Source of the DNA: Laetmonice hystrix
Lineage: Eukaryota
Direction: 5' to 3'
Length of the DNA: 64,000 bases
NCBI GenBank assembly: GCA_965235115.1
Contig: OZ249438.1
Span: forward strand, 24,924,001-24,988,000
A program made the translations under genes and the position numbers. Below, one piece after another: positions 53,101 to 64,000 of this stretch. Each line of letters opens with the position of its first letter. The stretch's first letter is position 1. The notes under the pieces were generated by a model, which saw only the letters and a program-made list of their open reading frames with translations, searched no databases and was not told where the DNA came from.

Positions 53101-54138
53101 TCAGCAGCTGTCAGACAATGGTAAATAGAAAATGTATTGACCACTGAAGTTGAATTCAGATGGATTGTGATCCCAGTGAAGCTGCTATTGTGGCATTAAT
53201 TAAGTATATAACTTGGTTGTTAAGCCTAATTACCGCTAGGACATTCAGTGTCGGTGGGGCAACACCAGATCGTGTTTCAACGTGTTCGATTTAGCGGGGG
53301 GGGGGGGGGGGGGCATCCCAAGAAAAAAAGGTAAAAGTTTACATGTACATGTGTATTCACTGTTTGTATTAGAGTTTGGAAGTCTTAATACTGACCTATA
53401 AACCTGACCCACATCTATGCCGAGATAAAGACAATTATGGTAATGACAATTACTGTTTAATTACTGATCCAGACACGAGAGGGAAGATAAGAGATGTACA
53501 GTTTTAGGAAATACACCAATGTAAAACCGACGTGTCCTATGGCTGCAGATAGATGATGATCTTTTCATGGAAAGGTTCATTACTTTGAATTACTTCCTCA
53601 GCTGACGGCGTGTGAGGAAGGGGGCCATAAAAAGTATTGTTTTAATGGCTTTATCCTTTTGTAAACTCGCACATCTGTAGTCAAACCAGATGGCGTCAAC
53701 TGGAATGCAAGGCCCAGGACTAAGAACTAAAGAACATCAGATATAAGACACGTATACACGTGAGTAGAATACCATGACTTAATACTCGTATCGTCGGTCA
53801 GCCGACAATTGGTTGTTTGTGGGTAGAGAACTGTTAAGATGATGGCAGATTACAGTCATTGTTGGTGCTGTTGGTACTTGGTGGGTCCATTGAATTCAAG
53901 GGGACCTGGTCAGTGTAAATCTGGTCAGTGTAGCTGTGTACTGGACGACTGGACACCAGCTGGTGACCAACTGGTCAGGGCCCGGTACACCTGCACCAAT
54001 AGTATACCTAACACATTGTATACAGTGTGTAATACACGGCGTCAGGATCAGGATATACCTGACATTGGGAATTCCCGACAGGTTAGGATTCGGTTTGTTG
54101 AGTCAGGCTGCTACCGTTAATGTTACGTGTATCAGGAT

Positions 54139-54395
54139 TCTGATCAAGGTGAGTAGAGACAGACGACCAATCTTGATTTATCTGTTACACTGGGCCAACA
54201 CGTTCAAACGTATGATGGGACGGTGACAAAGCTTACTGTTGAGGAGGACAATGTTTGCTGTTCATAGTCAGAGTAGTTCTAACACCAGACAACCAGTCTG
54301 ATCAAGGTGAGTGGAGACAGACGACCAATCTTGATTTATCTGTTACACTGGGCCTACACGTTCAAACAGAGTAGTTTTAACACCAGACAACCGGT
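54139..54395. repeat. Local duplication at 158-bp spacing
   Basis: TCTGATCAAGGTGAGT.GAGACAGACGACCAATCTTGATTTATCTGTTACACTGGGCC.ACACGTTCAAAC at about 54139 and 54297. Confidence 0.8.
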
Positions 54396-57300
54396 TCCGG
54401 GTGAGGATAATACTCGGATTAACGTGAGCAGCACTGTCTGTTCGTCCTGGCCCCACCTGGAGAGGTTACTGGCACACCTGAAGCTTCCTGTGGGACCACC
54501 TGCTCTAGGGTTAGGACTACCCCAACAACAGGATAAGGTTCCTCCTGGAGCGTTGGATGCCTGGGAAAAAACCAGCTAATCGTTCCTACAAAGATTCGTG
54601 TACTAGCCTCAGGTTTTTGTTGAGTTTGTTTTAGTCAGAGATAAGGCGCGAGTTGTTGAAGTTGGAGATAGGGGCGAGGTGCGCAGGTTTTTTAGTAGCA
54701 GGTTCCAGATTATGTATGGTGGCCAAACGATACAGGACAGAATATCGTGTGTCAGGAGCTCAGTTATCATTGTATGCCATGACCATCACCAAGGTCGCAA
54801 GTGTAGCAAGAGTGAAAAACCGAACTGAAATAATCTAAACGTTCAGATTGATCAATGATTGTGACAGTGAGCTCGTCTGAAAAAAAAACATCTGAAAAAT
54901 AATGCTTGGCAGGCTTTTCTTGATAGAACACTAAATAACTTTTAGGAAGGGGTGAAAGAGAATTATTCCCGTGTGACATTCCCAGTTGTGTGCGACAGCC
55001 GCTTGGCCTTTATAGTTCGTTCTAGCTCCGCTAGGTGGCACCTTAGGATTACACATCCTTTAGTTTTTACAATGAGACCCGAGCTGAGAGGAATATAATA
55101 ATATTGGAAGGACAAGGAGGGATTGGATTTGTAATAAATGTTCTCGTAATTGCATATAGTGGGAGTCATGTATTATTAGATACAGTTAAAAAGAAAATGA
55201 AACCGAAGAATATTGGAAACAAACTCAAAATGGAAGCTAGAATTGTTTAAGAAATAGAATATCTATTTTTCTGGCTAAAAGGACATATATTCTTGCGTTT
55301 CCTTTTATAGTTGTCCCATTAGAATATTACCAATAATACTAGGTGCAGCAAGGACCGTGAGGTAGAAACGGCTTGATGCAGCAATATGACACGATCAATG
55401 GCTGTGTCCTCTGACAGTCCCCAGGCCCTGGTCGGATAGTGCCATCAGTGGTGGACGGAGGAGGAGGGACGTGAGGGAATATCGGCAATTATCTGACCTC
55501 TCGGAGATACGTTCCTGATGAAGTACAACCCATGAGACCTCATACCCCATCATATAATACTCGGTCTTCAGAGATGACCGAAGGAATGCCTTGTTTTATC
55601 TAGAAATATACTTTAAGAGGTATCAGTAATAACTTTCCGCTTGGTTAGAGGTCTTCGTAAGCCATATTGGTTCTCTGCTAATCCGTCAAAGCAGTTATCC
55701 AAGCCAGTTTCCCGCTACAAGTTTTGTCGATAATGCAGTTTTTTGGTGCGGCATGTTGATGGTCTGGCGGATACATCAAAGGAACATTGATCAGAGATTT
55801 CATAGTATTACACAGTATAGTAGGCACTCCTGGCATTAAGTGCCCATTAAGAAAGAAAAATCATTAATTAAGGAAGACACCCAGTTATAAAACAGGCTTT
55901 TTGTGTGAAATGTCCAGCGTGGCCATAGCACATGGCCATAGATCGTGGTTTTGCTGGTCCACAGGGTTGGTATAGAGGGTGATGGTACATTAGGCGAGTA
56001 AAGCGTGGTCTGTTATAGGGCTACACGGACCACCCCCCGGTATGGGAACCAGCGTGCTGACCGGGGCACAGACCCGTGCTATATGGGAGAACCAACCACT
56101 CCTGTCGGCCGTCCTTGATGGGGCTGACACCAATCAGGGATTCACCAATCGACCTCAGGAGATGTGCCCTGATCTCTGAGAGCTCCACCAGGGTTAGTCG
56201 AGGCAAAGTGTCGCCACGGTCGGTCGTAAAGATTTGTTGTGGGTGAGGCCTGGCTACCACTGGGAAGGATGGCACAGAGGTCGGGGAGAAATGGTAGTCG
56301 GGGGGATGGCACCAACGTGTCGGAGAGGATTTCAAGGCAATTTAACGGGCTCTTCTAGATGGTATTGACTACATTTGCCTCGTTGCAGTAGACTTTAGAA
56401 TGATCTTGATTACGAATCGTGATTTTATATTTTGAAAAGTTAAAGACGTAATTGCCAAAGCCAGAGAGATTGGAAAATCGATTGGTTATTTCTTCAGTAG
56501 CATTTCTCATAATAGCCATAACTGGCGAGGAAGGTTGGTTTAATATGAACCATACTGAGCTTTCTATCGTGACTAGACTGGCTGTTGAGACCTCCATGGA
56601 GAACGTCCCCCCCTCTCTCCGGGTAAAATGATACTGGCATCCAGGTAGTTATTACAGACAGGGCCGACTGCCAGGGCCTGGCCTGTCGTTTGACATGATG
56701 TCAGAGTGTGTATGACATTCCACTGCGCTGTGTCCTAGCCATGTCACACCCACCAACCACCGACCTACATGGGCACAATATTTCCTGTATTCTATGGAAA
56801 AGAAAGGCGGGCCTGTGGTCAGGTCAAGCCATGTGTCTGAAATTTTATGTTGACCCACATTTTGGTGAAGATGGATTTTCAACAATTCTGATAAACAAAA
56901 ACTCTATGTTTTGATTCAGAGGAAAGGGTTTTGGAAATTCTGCATTTGTTTTAATAATGATGATATAAGATCATGTAAAACTGTACTGTGGATTAGATTT
57001 AGGAAGACGAGGCTAAACAAGAGAAAACCAATCCTTGTGTATACATAAAAAGTGAATTCATCCCTTATGCTCTCATGCCACTCCTCTATAACAAGGCCAG
57101 GCCTTATGCCTGAATAATTTTGTGCTGTTCTAAAAATTGGAAATGAATATAATCCATTGAAGATTTCCATTGTAAGTCATAAATGAGAAGGTGTGAGAGG
57201 TAAAATATGCTTTGTTTGTAAAGAGTTAGCTGAAGCATTACCAGAATCCACGATATGCTCCATTTGGTGTGAACAGAATTGTTGACAGAGGTATGAAAAT

Positions 57301-59099
57301 GGAGAGCCCCTGATGGCCTTGCTTTCACTACGTATCGAGCCTAGTTAATCGATACAGACTTTGAGCCTCATTTACTTTGTTGGACCCCGTTCTTGTGATT
57401 CATAATTAAAGGCTGCAGAGGCCGCCATTAGTTCTGTCCACCAGGTGGTTTGCCGGGCTGTGGTCTGGGGACATGTGCTGGGGTGCTTTGTGACAGCCTC
57501 TGGTCACGAGGAGCCGAGGGGAGGTAGAGCTTGTATCAGTGACGGGCTAGCCGGCCCTCCACCCCGGCCCTGCTCACAGAGTCCGCACGAACTACCTCTT
57601 CCTGATGATTCATGCCACCGAGCAGGAAATTACCACTACCACCAGTAGTAGTGCGGTCGTTTGGCGGGTGGTGGCGCTGGTGGCCGTTGTCGTTGTCCTC
57701 CGTGGCGGCGGTGGCGGTAGTGGCATTCAGGTCTGGGAGAGGTCCAGTCTAACTGCAGCCAGTCAGGGAGGCAGGCAGGGTGGATTGCTAGCACAGGCTG
57801 AGGCGACGTGAGCGAAGCGAGCTATTGTCTGTGTGAACCAGGTAGTGCTATAGTTGTTGGGGGGAGTAGGCAGAACAAGATGCGATGGATGAAGATGAGG
57901 ATGATACGGCTACAACCATAGTGATGTCGGACACGGACGAGGACGATGTGCACGTCCTCAAGTTGTCCGACACAGACGATGACGATCTACAGACGCTCTA
58001 CATGTCATGGAGCACATGGTGCATGTACTTCTGCAGGATCGCAGGTAGGCTGGTGGTCACATAGCCAGGCTTTGGAGGGGCAGTCAAAAGGTCACTCCTG
58101 TATCCACAATAGATTGGGTCTAAAAATAGATATCGATCTCTCTGTCTGTGAGGGGGTTGGATCGGTTTGAAGTACAGATCTATGATGGCAATATTTCTGT
58201 AATCTGGCATGTACATCTAGGAAACAGCTGGAACAGTACTGGTTTACAGGTTGAGCTGTAGACACTGCAGTAGCTCTGCTGTCACCGTTGATTTGGTGTT
58301 GTCTTGGAGTTGGTTGTTGTGCCCAGAAGTGTAGAGAGAATGCCGTGATCGGAAAGAATGAGAGGAAGGACAGAATGTGTAGTACGCCTTGCCCTGTGTA
58401 CCGCTTCCCTCCCCATCCTGCTGCCAGTGCTGCTGCAGTTGTTGTTGACGGTGTGGGCCCGCCCGGCGCATCACGTGGCCTCATATATGCGCTGTTCTGT
58501 TCCTGATCCTTCGACCACTGCAGGCTGGCAAGACGGTGTCTTCTGGAAATACCCACCCCTGGAGGCTGAACTCTGCCACGTTTCCCAACAATAAGGCTCG
58601 TTTTGAACCATCATCCACCTCTGAGTCAGAGTGGATATTCACCAATTGTGGTCGCCAAGGGTGTTTGGGGGAATGATGAGGTGATGAGATGGTTTCATTA
58701 CGTCACACTCTGAATCAGGGTGTTTCTGTGATGGCCTGCAGGATGAAGGCAGGCTGAACGTTCAGTCCGTGGTCACTCCAGTAGCCGGACTACCTACCAT
58801 TAGTTGAATCCCTCCATGCTGGAGCAGTACGGCCTAGCTGTGGGTTAGACGTGAATCCTGCGCCATTCGTCGTCAGGAGGACATGATGTGGTCGGTGGTG
58901 TGGTGGAGGACAGAGAACATGGACGAGATGATGAGGAGAGACTGAGAGATGTGGTGTCTGCAGCTACAGGCGTTATGTCGGCGGGAGGCTGTACTGCCTG
59001 CTGCCAGTACTGGTAGGTTTTGTTACATCAAGACGTACTACTGACAACATTTTCCCATCCCGGCTGGTTGTCTTATGGATGGATCTGTGAGTGATGTGG

Positions 59100-60750
59100 T
59101 GAATTTGGTTCATCGCCTCTCCGATGGTGACCTACTTCCATGAATCTGGTCACAGCAGCCAGTATTGTACAGCCTGTTTTGTAAGGGTGGGCCTTAGCCT
59201 TGCTTACAAGGACAAACAGCTAGGGATCAATATCATGTGATGCCAGTGCGCCTGTTTTACACTGTTGTATATGATAAACCTCCGTACTATAGTCAGTAGA
59301 TTCTTACATTGATGTCGGTGTGAACAAAACATTATGTTAAAATGCTGCTATCATACAGCATACAGTCAGATTGGAATTGGCTTCCTGGAAGGCCACGGGT
59401 CCCAGATGCTGCTGCTGCTTCCTAGTCCATCACCTGCATGTTGCCATGAAACCCTAATTAGGTCAAGAGACTGTGACACATTAATCATTACATAATCGGT
59501 GTGGGAAGTTAAACAGTTGCCATGAAATAATTAGGTCACATCTGTCGACATGTTGTAAATCATAGCAGATTTGATCAAAGTATTGTCTCTCTGTGAAGGT
59601 CATGTCATCAGTGTGCGGACCCCTGTGACGAGAATAATGACACCAGAGCTCAGTGGTTTCAAACCGCAGAGAAAAGTTCTCACTAAATGTTGGCCAGAAT
59701 TTTAATAGAATCGTAAGTGGTAAATTTGATGTATTCAAGTCAGTATTCGACTTGATGTAATATCTCATTACAAGCTCAGCATTGTCTACCGAAGACATGA
59801 AAACATGACATCGTCCTCCAACAGTTGTGTATACCCCAGTAACTGCTGTTACACTTATTGTGTAGTATGGAAAGGACCGTGACAGAAACATGATTAAAAC
59901 AGTACTGGGAGACCAGAGGCTGGGATTTCCGCCCCCATAGCCAATCCAATCAGGCACACGTTGCCAGCCTCGCAACAGTTATAGTGATGCCTGGTTCTAC
60001 TTCTGAGGCACAGACTGTGAGTAGTATATGAAAAAAGCGCTCTTGACCCAGTTCAGGGAGCAGCTGTTGTGAGGACGGATGGCAGGTGCTGGGATGCGGA
60101 AACTGACAGGCTTCTTAGGATGCCATCAGTCTGTAGTAATCACTGTCGCTTTTTAAGGCAGTAACCCTTGCCTCCAGATAGTGGGAACTTTTTTAAAATC
60201 CGGATGAGATTAAAGCGGTCAAGTAAACACTTAGATTTTCCCATGTTAGCGTAGTTCTGCTGTTTGAGGGAATCGCTCACCTTGGGGTTGATTAAGGCAA
60301 GAAGCAATAGAATATACTAAGCTCTAATAAGATTTTTGGACCTCAATCGCAGATTCTGAAGCGATGTCAACTGGGCTTCAGTAATTCCCGGTACTTGGAA
60401 GCCAGGTTAATACACTGAGTAAATGGCGCCGTGGTTGTCCCACCAGCCAGCCGTGGTTGAGGGCACCCAGACTGGCCACCTTACACAACGTGAGGCGTGA
60501 CTTGATGACGCATGCTGCTAAAGAGGTCGTTGACACACTTAAGGCTGAGCATGAAAATACTCATGTGTTGCCATAGCAACATGCTGCATTCTTAGACCAC
60601 GTAAATAATGTCACGGCAACCAGTCTTGATACATTGTACACGATCTGCTTGCAACATACTATGTTATGGATTTTATGCAGCTTCCGCATAAGGTCATTTA
60701 AGATTGGCCAGTGTTTGTCCCTTGAAAGTTTCTTGACATGAATTGTTCGA
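59100..60750 (-). mobile_element. Decayed LINE RT remnant
   Basis: ORF 59481..59975 contains SSVDNAELVMRYYIKSNTD, resembling FADD.KL.R.I.S..D followed by W...F. Flanking fragments are weaker and boundaries approximate. Confidence 0.4.
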
Positions 60751-61107
60751 TATGGAAGAGGGAGTTCCTCATAATATCTCCACCATCGCCAAAGAAATAT
60801 ACTTAGAAAATAGCGTAACCGTGTTGGACTAGCCTAGACTGTAGACAATGCGGTGTTCCTCACGTTTAGAGTAGGCAGCCGTCTAGAAGGTCCATTGATA
60901 AAGAAATAGCGTGATTATTTGGCTTCATCTGTGCCCTTATCCCCCCCTCCCCATGCCATCATGGCAACATTAATGAAATCATGTTACAACCAACTAGGTC
61001 AAGTTCATGAAGAGTTCTAAATTGGTGAAGGTGATAGACATTGACATTTCCTCCCCCCCCCCCCCCCCACATTGGCTGAGGTTAATCCATGACGTGTCAG
61101 CTAGGGG

Positions 61108-61755
61108 AACGGTCCATCAGTCGGCAGTGACTAGAACTGGCACATAGTGGTGGGTGGGTACGTAACGGTCCATCAGTCGGCAGTGACTAGAACTGGCACA
61201 TAGTGGTGGGTGGGTACGTAACGGTCCCTCAGTCGGCAGTGACTAGAACTGGCACATAGTGGTGGGTTGGTACGTAACGGTCCATCAGTCGGCAGTGACT
61301 AGAACTGGCACATAGTGGTGGGTTGGTACGTAACAGTCCATCAGTCGGCAGTGACTAGAACTGGCACATAGTGGTGGGTTGGTACGTAACAGTCCATCAG
61401 TCGGCAGTGACTAGAACTGGCACATAGTGGTGGGTGGGTACGTAACGGTCCATCAGTCGGCAGTGACTAGAACTGGCACATAGTGGTGGGTTGGTACGTA
61501 ACGGTCCATCAGTCAGCAGTGACTAGAACTGGCACATAGTGGTGGGTTGGTACGTAACGGTCCATCAGTCGGCAGTGACTGGCACATAGTGGTGGGTTGG
61601 TACGTAACGGTTCATCAGTCAGCAGTGACTGGCACATAGTGGTGGGTTGGTACGTAACGGTCCATCAGTCGGCAGTGACTGGCACATAGTGGTGGGTTGG
61701 TACGTAACGGTCCATCAGTCGGCAGTGACTGGCACATAGTGGTGAGTTGGTACGT
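61108..61755. repeat. Minisatellite, 8 x 56 bp then 4 x 50 bp
   Basis: AACGGTCCATCAGTCGGCAGTGACT[AGAACT]GGCACATAGTGGTGGGTTGGTACGT; the last four units lack the bracketed 6 nt. Confidence 0.95.
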
Positions 61756-62994
61756 AGATAACCTGTCGTAACCATGGAGGTGGGAGGGATGTGGTGAAGT
61801 GTAACATTTCACCCGCTACAAGTATCAAGCTGATTGAGTGTCATTGACCGGGGTTCAATGACGACGTGCCATTCACAGATCGAGAGGCCTTCAAAGATCC
61901 CCGACTGGAGTGAGAGGGAGTGATTGGCCAGATTGTGTGGCTGTACATGTTACCTGTAAGTTGGACTTCACACCGGAAACTGGCGCGGTGACATTTACTT
62001 CTAAAGGTTTCATTGTTACTTCAGGTGCTTGTATGGGTGTCGGGGGGGGGGGGGCGGGGGATCTCAGCAACTAAAAACGTTTTCATCCATGAATGAAGAA
62101 TGTAGGTTACAATGGATCTTTGGGAACCATTAGGAGATCAGAATAGGGGTGCCCTCAGGAGGAGCCTTCAAGATAATGAAAGGGCCAAACTACAGCTTTG
62201 TCCGATGAAATAGACCTCACTTCAGTTCTTTATCAGAACCGACATCATTTGCCAAATGTCAGCTACTTGTTTGGCCACATGAATGTACCATACGATATAA
62301 TAATCGTGTTGATTTGTATTCCGTTAGTAAAATTGCCAAAACTTCCATAGAAACACCTTTGACATTATTTCTGTTGGCCCCCTATAGGCTGTCTGCCACC
62401 CACCGCATTACCAGCACCGATCAGCGTGCTATGGTGAAATGACCCGAAGAGGTGTGGAATCTGGGCAGGGGTGTCGGGAGTGCAAACCTGCACAGGTTCA
62501 CAGTGCATTTCACCATGGAAACGGAACCGTTTTTAACAGTGCATCGGGCTGGTGATGTCAGTTAAGGCTGGCACCAGTCGGTCCTGAGCAATTGTAGCCT
62601 AGCTCAACCGTTCAACTTCACAAAACTTAGAACTAAAATCTTTAAAGGTTATATGGTGTCGGTTAGGACAGAATAATGCTATTCATACCAAATATCCTTT
62701 CTCCAAATATAATATACAAATGTATGTACATGTATTCTTTATATCGTGTATATCTTTCAGTACGATGGGCTGACAGTGGTAATTCTGGTCTGTTGAACAG
62801 ATATTACAAATCAACAGGGGCAAATGGGCACTGTATAGGTCGTTTAGGGAGAGTAATTTTTATAGAGCTCTCACTGTTAACAGTATCTTTCAGAGTAACT
62901 CAGCAATATGTTTAGCAGGACGGAGATGCTGAGTTTAACGATATATATTTGATTATATTCTGTGCTGACATTGAATGTTTATGTTTGGTGACAG

Positions 62995-63132
62995 GTACAG
63001 AGCCTGAGCTAGAGACCATCAAGAAGTGCACGCCGCTGTACGGACAGCCGTCGTGGTGGGGTGAGGATGATGTGGATGATGACTGCCGATACCCCCACAC
63101 GGCCACGCTCAAAGATGCTGACAGGTCCCCAG
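62995..63132 (+). CDS. CEP170: CEP170-family exon with PLYGQPSWWG motif (138 nt, phase 1-1)
   Basis: ggtgacag|GT ACA GAG ... CCA G|gtcagt. Translation (G)TEPELETIKKCTPLYGQPSWWGEDDVDDDCRYPHTATLKDADRSP. TPLYGQPSWWG.DD is a conserved CEP170/CEP170B segment. An in-phase alternative acceptor lies at 63000. Confidence 0.88.
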
Positions 63133-63152
63133 GTCAGTCAACCCCAGAGGGC

Positions 63153-64000
63153 CCTGTGGTGTGTTATAATGTACCAGTATATTGAGGGATTGACTGTTTG
63201 TGTGAGTGAGTGAGCCGAGCCCAGACCTGTGGCGTGTTATAAAGTACCAGTATATTGAGGGATTGACTGTTTGTGTGAGTGAGTGAGTGAGTGAGTGTGC
63301 CAGACCTGTGGCGTGTTATAAAGTACTAGTATATTGAGGGATTGACTGTTTGTGTGAGTGAGTGAGCCGAGCCCAGACCTGTGGCGTGTTATAAAGTACC
63401 AGTATATTGAGGGATTGACTGCTTGTGTGAGTGAATGAGCCGAGCCCAGACCTGTGGCGTGTTATAAAGTACCAGTATATTGAGGGATTGACTGTTTGTG
63501 TGAGTGAGTGAGCCGAGCCCAGACCTGTGGCGTGTTATAAAGTACCAGTATATTGAGGGATTGACTGTTTGTGTGAGTGAGTGTGCCGAGCCCAGACCTG
63601 TGGCGTGTTATAAAGTACCAGTATATTGAGGGATTGACTGTTTGGTGAGTGAGTGAGCCGAGCCCAGACCTGTGGCGTGTTATAAAGTACCAGTATATTG
63701 AGGGATTGACTGTTTGTGTGAGTGAGTGAGTGAGTGAGTGAGCCGAGCCCAGACCTGTGGCGTGTTATAAAGTACCAGTATATTGAGGGATTGACTGTTT
63801 GTGTGAGTGAGTGTGCCGAGCCCAGACCTGTGGCGTGTTATAAAGTACCATTATATTGAGGGATTGACTGTTTGTGTGAGTGAGTGTGCCGAGCCCAGAC
63901 CTGTGGCGTGTTATAAAGTACCATTATATTGAGGGATTGACTGTTTGTGTGAGTGAGTGTGCCGAGCCCAGACCTGTGGCGTGTTATAAAGTACCCGTAT
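63153..64000. repeat. Minisatellite, ~73 bp x ~11.5 with an internal variable (GAGT)n tract; runs off the window
   Basis: CCAGTATATTGAGGGATTGACTGTTTGTGT(GAGT)nGAGCCGAGCCCAGACCTGTGGCGTGTTATAAAGTA. Confidence 0.95.

Noticed and set aside
20220-64000. Tandem arrays of 32-87 bp as CRISPR arrays
   Set aside because: The units are head-to-tail with no unique spacers, there are no cas genes, and the context is eukaryotic intron.

Overview
Eukaryotic (metazoan invertebrate, probably lophotrochozoan or mollusc-like; inference) genomic DNA, with no prokaryotic operons or CRISPR. The window holds the 5' part of one large + strand gene, a CEP170/CEP170B-family centrosomal FHA-domain gene. Three FHA exons (12304-12414, 18758-18847, 23525-23603) splice in frame into a His/Gln-rich exon (30969-31222) across a 7365-nt U12-type AT-AC minor-spliceosome intron. 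A probable 1-kb low-complexity exon (41565-42588) follows, then the exon carrying the CEP170 hallmark PLYGQPSWWG (62995-63132). The gene continues beyond the window. The introns and upstream region contain a fully paired tRNA-Ile with the anticodon GAT (atypical for eukaryotes), decayed Ty3/Gypsy and LINE remnants (all antisense to the gene), several MITEs (some nested) and eight tandem arrays with 24-87 bp units. Three arrays carry sense-strand consensus splice donors. Most ORFs in the supplied track are repeat or TE artefacts. I see no clearly new multi-gene system. The best leads are the AT-AC intron, the G34 tRNA-Ile, the long FHA-to-PLYG linker and the donor-bearing arrays. All family assignments are by-eye motif recognition; no searches were run.
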